A program made the translations under genes and the position numbers. This document shows positions 53,991-56,858 of a stretch of 56,858 bases of DNA, piece by piece (position 1 is the first letter of the stretch; each line of letters begins with the position of its first letter). The notes beneath the pieces were generated by a model that saw only the letters and a list, made by a program, of their open reading frames with translations, was not told where the DNA came from and did not search any database. Source of the DNA: Klebsiella phage vB_KpnS-Carvaje; the sequence record NC_071011.1, one strand, 5' to 3'.

Positions 53991-54283
53991 TGAAATGGAT
54001 CTCGTGGTTTCAACCGACTGAAGATTATCGGCCTGTAAATTACCCACCGACTGAGAAAATTTTAGCATGGTGGTGTACTGGTCATAGTGAAAACGGTGCA
54101 ACACTTGTTGCTTTGGTTGACGTAGATGATCAGGAACAGGCAAAACACCACGTTAAACTGAACTGGCCTGAAGCGGAAAACTGGCGTTTCTGTGAAGATA
54201 AGGATGATAAAACTTTTGGTGATCGCTTTCCTCTTGAAGATTGGATGATCGAACGTGGTTGTTCTAACCGGGAGGTACGTTAA
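53990..54283 (+). CDS. hypothetical protein
   Basis: 97 aa. Confidence 0.35.
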   Translation: MKWISWFQPTEDYRPVNYPPTEKILAWWCTGHSENGATLVALVDVDDQEQAKHHVKLNWPEAENWRFCEDKDDKTFGDRFPLEDWMIERGCSNREVR

Positions 54284-54516
54284 TGAAACGCTATGAGTTT
54301 TGGTTCTGTCATAACCTGATGTATAACGCACAAACCATTAAGCGGATACGGTGGTATAACCGCTGGTTTATTTCGATGGGCTGTATAGTGATCGATAAAG
54401 TAAAAGGTAATGCAATTTTTAGTGGATGGGATACGCCGGAAATTGCATTTAAAGAGGCGAAAAAAGAATTTGAACGCCGTGGGCTGTATGAACATATCAT
54501 GGGTAAACGTATATGA
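54283..54516 (+). CDS. hypothetical protein
   Basis: 77 aa. Confidence 0.35.
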   Translation: MKRYEFWFCHNLMYNAQTIKRIRWYNRWFISMGCIVIDKVKGNAIFSGWDTPEIAFKEAKKEFERRGLYEHIMGKRI

Positions 54517-54890
54517 ACGCGAAACAAATCGCTAAAGCGTTAGAAGGTTGCGACTGGTCTAGTGTATCAGTGGGTGACAAGGCGATTATTCAGGCCGCTA
54601 TCGATGAACTGAATACTGAAGATTATTTTGCCTCACTGGTTGTTGCCGCGCGTATTGCCGCTGATAAAGCCATGAAAAAATTTCCTCAACCAAACTATGT
54701 ATTGCTAAAAGTGGCTGAGGAAGCAGGTGAAGTTGTTCAGGCCGGGGTTCACTATGCTGAAAAACGGATGCCGTGGGAGAATGTTGAAAAGGAAACGATC
54801 CAACTTCTGGCAATGCTTATCCGTCTTGTAAAAGAAGGCGATCTGGTTAACGGCGTTATACCACCAGAGGGCATCCGTGATGAAAATTAA
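54513..54890 (+). CDS. MazG-like nucleotide pyrophosphohydrolase (putative)
   Basis: 125 aa; KVAEEAGEV...E..E...D..V pattern of the all-alpha NTP-PPase family. Confidence 0.5.
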   Translation: MNAKQIAKALEGCDWSSVSVGDKAIIQAAIDELNTEDYFASLVVAARIAADKAMKKFPQPNYVLLKVAEEAGEVVQAGVHYAEKRMPWENVEKETIQLLAMLIRLVKEGDLVNGVIPPEGIRDEN

Positions 54891-55071
54891 AATAGTTTCT
54901 GACGGGACTGTTCCCGGAACACATATTTACGACAAAGATGGAAAAGAAATTGAAGGTGTAACGTCTGTTTCGTGGAAAATAGACGTATCAAGTAAGACAG
55001 GAACCGCTATTCTTGAAATACCAATAGCAGGTGCTGACATTATCTGTGAGACTACTGATCATGAAAATTAA
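54877..55071 (+). CDS. hypothetical protein
   Basis: 64 aa. Confidence 0.3.
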   Translation: MMKIKIVSDGTVPGTHIYDKDGKEIEGVTSVSWKIDVSSKTGTAILEIPIAGADIICETTDHEN

Positions 55072-55291
55072 AAACATGGCTGCATCTGGCCTGTCAGGGC
55101 GTATCTTTTACGGTACGATGGAAACCAGTAATGGTGGTCAGTCCGGGCGCTGGTTAGCCGGGAAGCAGGACGTTACTGATATGGCGATCAAAGCCGTTGC
55201 TGAACACTGCTATCAGACGGGTAACAGTTACAGTTGCCAACTCGTTACCGGGGAGACTCTTACATTATCAGTGGAGGTGAGCAGACCATGA
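55061..55291 (+). CDS. hypothetical protein
   Basis: 76 aa. Confidence 0.3.
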   Translation: MKIKNMAASGLSGRIFYGTMETSNGGQSGRWLAGKQDVTDMAIKAVAEHCYQTGNSYSCQLVTGETLTLSVEVSRP

Positions 55292-55434
55292 AACGATTAC
55301 TTCTGATCTCTCTGCTGGCAACCGCTGCGGTGAACGGTGCGGAGTTAAAACGCTGTGACCTGACGATCACCCGGCTGAACTCAACGGACAGCATTACGCG
55401 GCCTGGTGGCGCAACTGTGGTTGATGACCAGTGA
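55288..55434 (+). CDS. small secreted protein (signal peptide)
   Basis: 48 aa; MKRLLLISLLATAAVNGA signal sequence. Confidence 0.35.
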   Translation: MKRLLLISLLATAAVNGAELKRCDLTITRLNSTDSITRPGGATVVDDQ

Positions 55435-55595
55435 TCTGACAAGCTGGAGCCTGAAACTCAACCGCTACGGGTTCGGCAAATCGAAAGACGGTAAACGGAT
55501 GTTCGTAAAAGACAACGGCAACTACACCGCGAAAGAAACGCTGATCACCTTATCTGCAACAAACTGTCATCCCTTCTGAACTGCTGGCGGGGCGC

Positions 55596-56531
55596 TCAAC
55601 CCCGCTGCATATCCGTGTAAAACTGCATAATCACATCGTCCGGGAATGCGTTAAAATCACACTGCGGGTTCATCATCATGGCGAACGGTCGAACGTATTC
55701 GCGGATCTCTGGCGTTACAGTAGCCTGTGTGGTCATCGCATTAAACAGCGTGCCTGTCCCTTCATAACGCTCTGTCAGCGTCACCATTACATCAAGCACA
55801 TCAGAAGGCCATTCCCGCCCAATATGGTTGTGTAACCAGTTCTCCGTAATGTTGTACCCGGTGGTATTCCGGCGCAGAGTGTACAGCGCGTTATTGAAGT
55901 TGCCGCACAGCGTTTCAAACCGTTTCCAGACGTCGAAGCCATAGCGGATCACTACATCCTTTTGACTCATTACCCGTGGTGTTGCGTCCGGTTCCGTCTG
56001 TGGTAAACCGTCGCGGATCACGCCGTCCATATAGTTCAGAACGTCAGGATACCAGCCACTGTCGATCCGGTTCAGTACCCATGACTCAGTGACCCGGCGA
56101 TTCAGTCCGGCGTTACGCAGCACGTCAACCGCCTTAAACATCCCGCCACACTGATCCCTGAACCGTTCCCAGACATCATAGCCATAGATCACCTGTTCAA
56201 CTTCCTTATCCACCATCCGCAACTGCTGAAAATAATTATCGCTGAACCGACGATGAGGCAGCGCAGCACGCAGGGTATCAACACTGACACTTCTGTTCAG
56301 TACGTGCGGCTGCGCTGGCGGTTGTGTGGTGATGACCACAGGGTTCAGATCCAGTTCCCCGCCCGTTACCGTACTGAGGATAAGATTTAACGTTTCTGCC
56401 CGTGGTAGCCGTTTTCCTGTCATCCATTCCGTAAAACGACCCTTGTTTACGTTGCAACCCATCATGTTCAGATAATTTACAGCGTTGTCTGCTGAACCAA
56501 AGTGACGAGCAAATTTATCGAATAAATTCAT
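55596..56531 (-). CDS. putative transcriptional regulator: N-terminal Cro/YdaS-like HTH plus two internal ~60-aa repeats
   Basis: 311 aa; N-terminal FGSADNAVNYLNMMGCNVNKGRFTEWMTGKRLPRAETLNLILSTVTGG resembles the YdaS/Cro HTH; repeats YGYDVWERFRDQCG... and YGFDVWKRFETLCG...; RBS AAGGTG; divergent from repeat region B. Confidence 0.45.
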   Translation of the reverse strand: MNLFDKFARHFGSADNAVNYLNMMGCNVNKGRFTEWMTGKRLPRAETLNLILSTVTGGELDLNPVVITTQPPAQPHVLNRSVSVDTLRAALPHRRFSDNYFQQLRMVDKEVEQVIYGYDVWERFRDQCGGMFKAVDVLRNAGLNRRVTESWVLNRIDSGWYPDVLNYMDGVIRDGLPQTEPDATPRVMSQKDVVIRYGFDVWKRFETLCGNFNNALYTLRRNTTGYNITENWLHNHIGREWPSDVLDVMVTLTERYEGTGTLFNAMTTQATVTPEIREYVRPFAMMMNPQCDFNAFPDDVIMQFYTDMQRG

Positions 56532-56664
56532 TGTTGTTACACCTTACCAGATGTGATTAGGTCAAGTTTACGCCTTATATGAAACAAGTACAACTCTTAT
56601 ATGCAACAGGATCAAAGTTGGCCTTGTTACAACTGGTAGGATGAAAGAGAAACCTTGTTATATC

Positions 56665-56679
56665 TGGTAAGCTGAAACA
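56665..56679 (+). repeat. 15-bp direct repeat CTGGTAAGCTGAAAC (copy B1)
   Basis: Read directly. Confidence 0.6.
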
Positions 56680-56718
56680 TAGATTGCTAAAGTTCTATGT
56701 AAACCATCCAAGCACATC

Positions 56719-56733
56719 TGGTAAGCTGAAACT
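56719..56733 (+). repeat. 15-bp direct repeat CTGGTAAGCTGAAAC (copy B2)
   Basis: Read directly. Confidence 0.6.
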
Positions 56734-56837
56734 AAAAATCCTTATATATTAGTTATTTATCTTTTTATAGTATAGATAGTATAGATAGTATAGATATATA
56801 AGAAATTATAAAGTAGGTATAGTTAGGCTAGTTAAAC

Positions 56838-56852
56838 TGGTAAGCTGAAACA
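56838..56852 (+). repeat. 15-bp direct repeat CTGGTAAGCTGAAAC (copy B3)
   Basis: Read directly. Confidence 0.6.
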
Positions 56853-56858
56853 AGGTAA

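Larger units (their letters stand above)
56532..56858 (+). repeat. repeat-rich non-coding region B (wraps to 1..138, upstream of terS); paralog of region A
   Basis: Three CTGGTAAGCTGAAAC copies (56665..56679, 56719..56733, 56838..56852) plus a degenerate one (56634..56648); 9-bp tandem GTATAGATA x3 (56771..56797); ATATAAGAAATTATAAAG; inverted ATCTGGTAAGG at 56541..56552 over the regulator RBS. Confidence 0.6.

Noticed and set aside
56771-56797. Tandem 9-mers GTATAGATA x3 as CRISPR or microsatellite
   Set aside because: Too short, no spacers; part of the AT-rich control region
1-56858. Lysogeny module (integrase, CI-like repressor, attP) and 7-deazaguanine/queuosine-type modification genes (QueC/QueD/QueE/FolE/DpdA)
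   Set aside because: No ORF shows the tyrosine- or serine-recombinase signature, and no radical-SAM CxxxCxxC, QueC SGGxDS plus zinc motif or GTP cyclohydrolase motif was seen. The only PP-loop-like protein matches the PAPS-reductase family instead

Overview
The window looks like a complete or near-complete ~57-kb tailed-phage (siphovirus-type) genome from an enterobacterial-like host. The evidence for the host is sigma70-type promoters, Shine-Dalgarno sites and a tRNA-Ser(GCU) closely resembling E. coli serV. I found no integrase or CI-type repressor, so it is probably virulent. Layout: (1) A small terminase gene (139..774) is followed by a leftward block of small early genes (849..4194) that includes a frameshifted PAPS-reductase-family gene. 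(2) The large terminase (4329..6092) and portal (8296..9651) come next, each separated by small leftward gene islands with their own promoter. (3) A leftward dUTPase operon (10148..11800) and an AT-rich AP2-domain island follow. (4) The head module comprises a Mu F-like protein, an XkdF-like protease, scaffold, major capsid protein and head-tail joining genes. It is interrupted by an ~860-bp non-coding island (19723..20581) carrying tRNA-Ser(GCU) and a tRNA-like remnant. (5) The tail module has the G/GT chaperone with an A_AAA_AAC -1 frameshift site, a 973-aa tape measure protein and tip proteins. An inverted (minus-strand) beta-helix tailspike cassette (31714..34141) sits inside it. (6) The lysis cassette has a GH24 lysozyme and an embedded Rz/Rz1 spanin pair. 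(7) A long leftward replication and nucleotide-metabolism block runs 35659..42773: Dam-like N6A methyltransferase, DUF4406 (nucleoside 2-deoxyribosyltransferase-like), compact family-B DNA polymerase, DUF2815 SSB-like protein with an (AAPV)n linker, and DUF2800 nuclease. (8) A rightward block contains an SF2 helicase, DnaQ-like exonuclease, VRR-NUC, primase/SF3-helicase, a short C5-methyltransferase-like protein, DUF2493, HNH, ParB-like and MazG-like genes. (9) A Cro/YdaS-like regulator (55596..56531) lies beside a repeat-rich control region. Non-coding highlights are a ~40-bp promoter cassette present in 9 good copies plus 2-3 decayed ones, a conserved leader, and two paralogous ~300-bp repeat-rich regions (15871..16188 and 56532..56858, continuing into 1..138) carrying 15-bp CTGGTAAGCYGWAAC direct repeats upstream of the head and packaging operons. 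I could not run tRNAscan, Infernal, BLAST or HMM searches; all family assignments rest on motifs read by eye.
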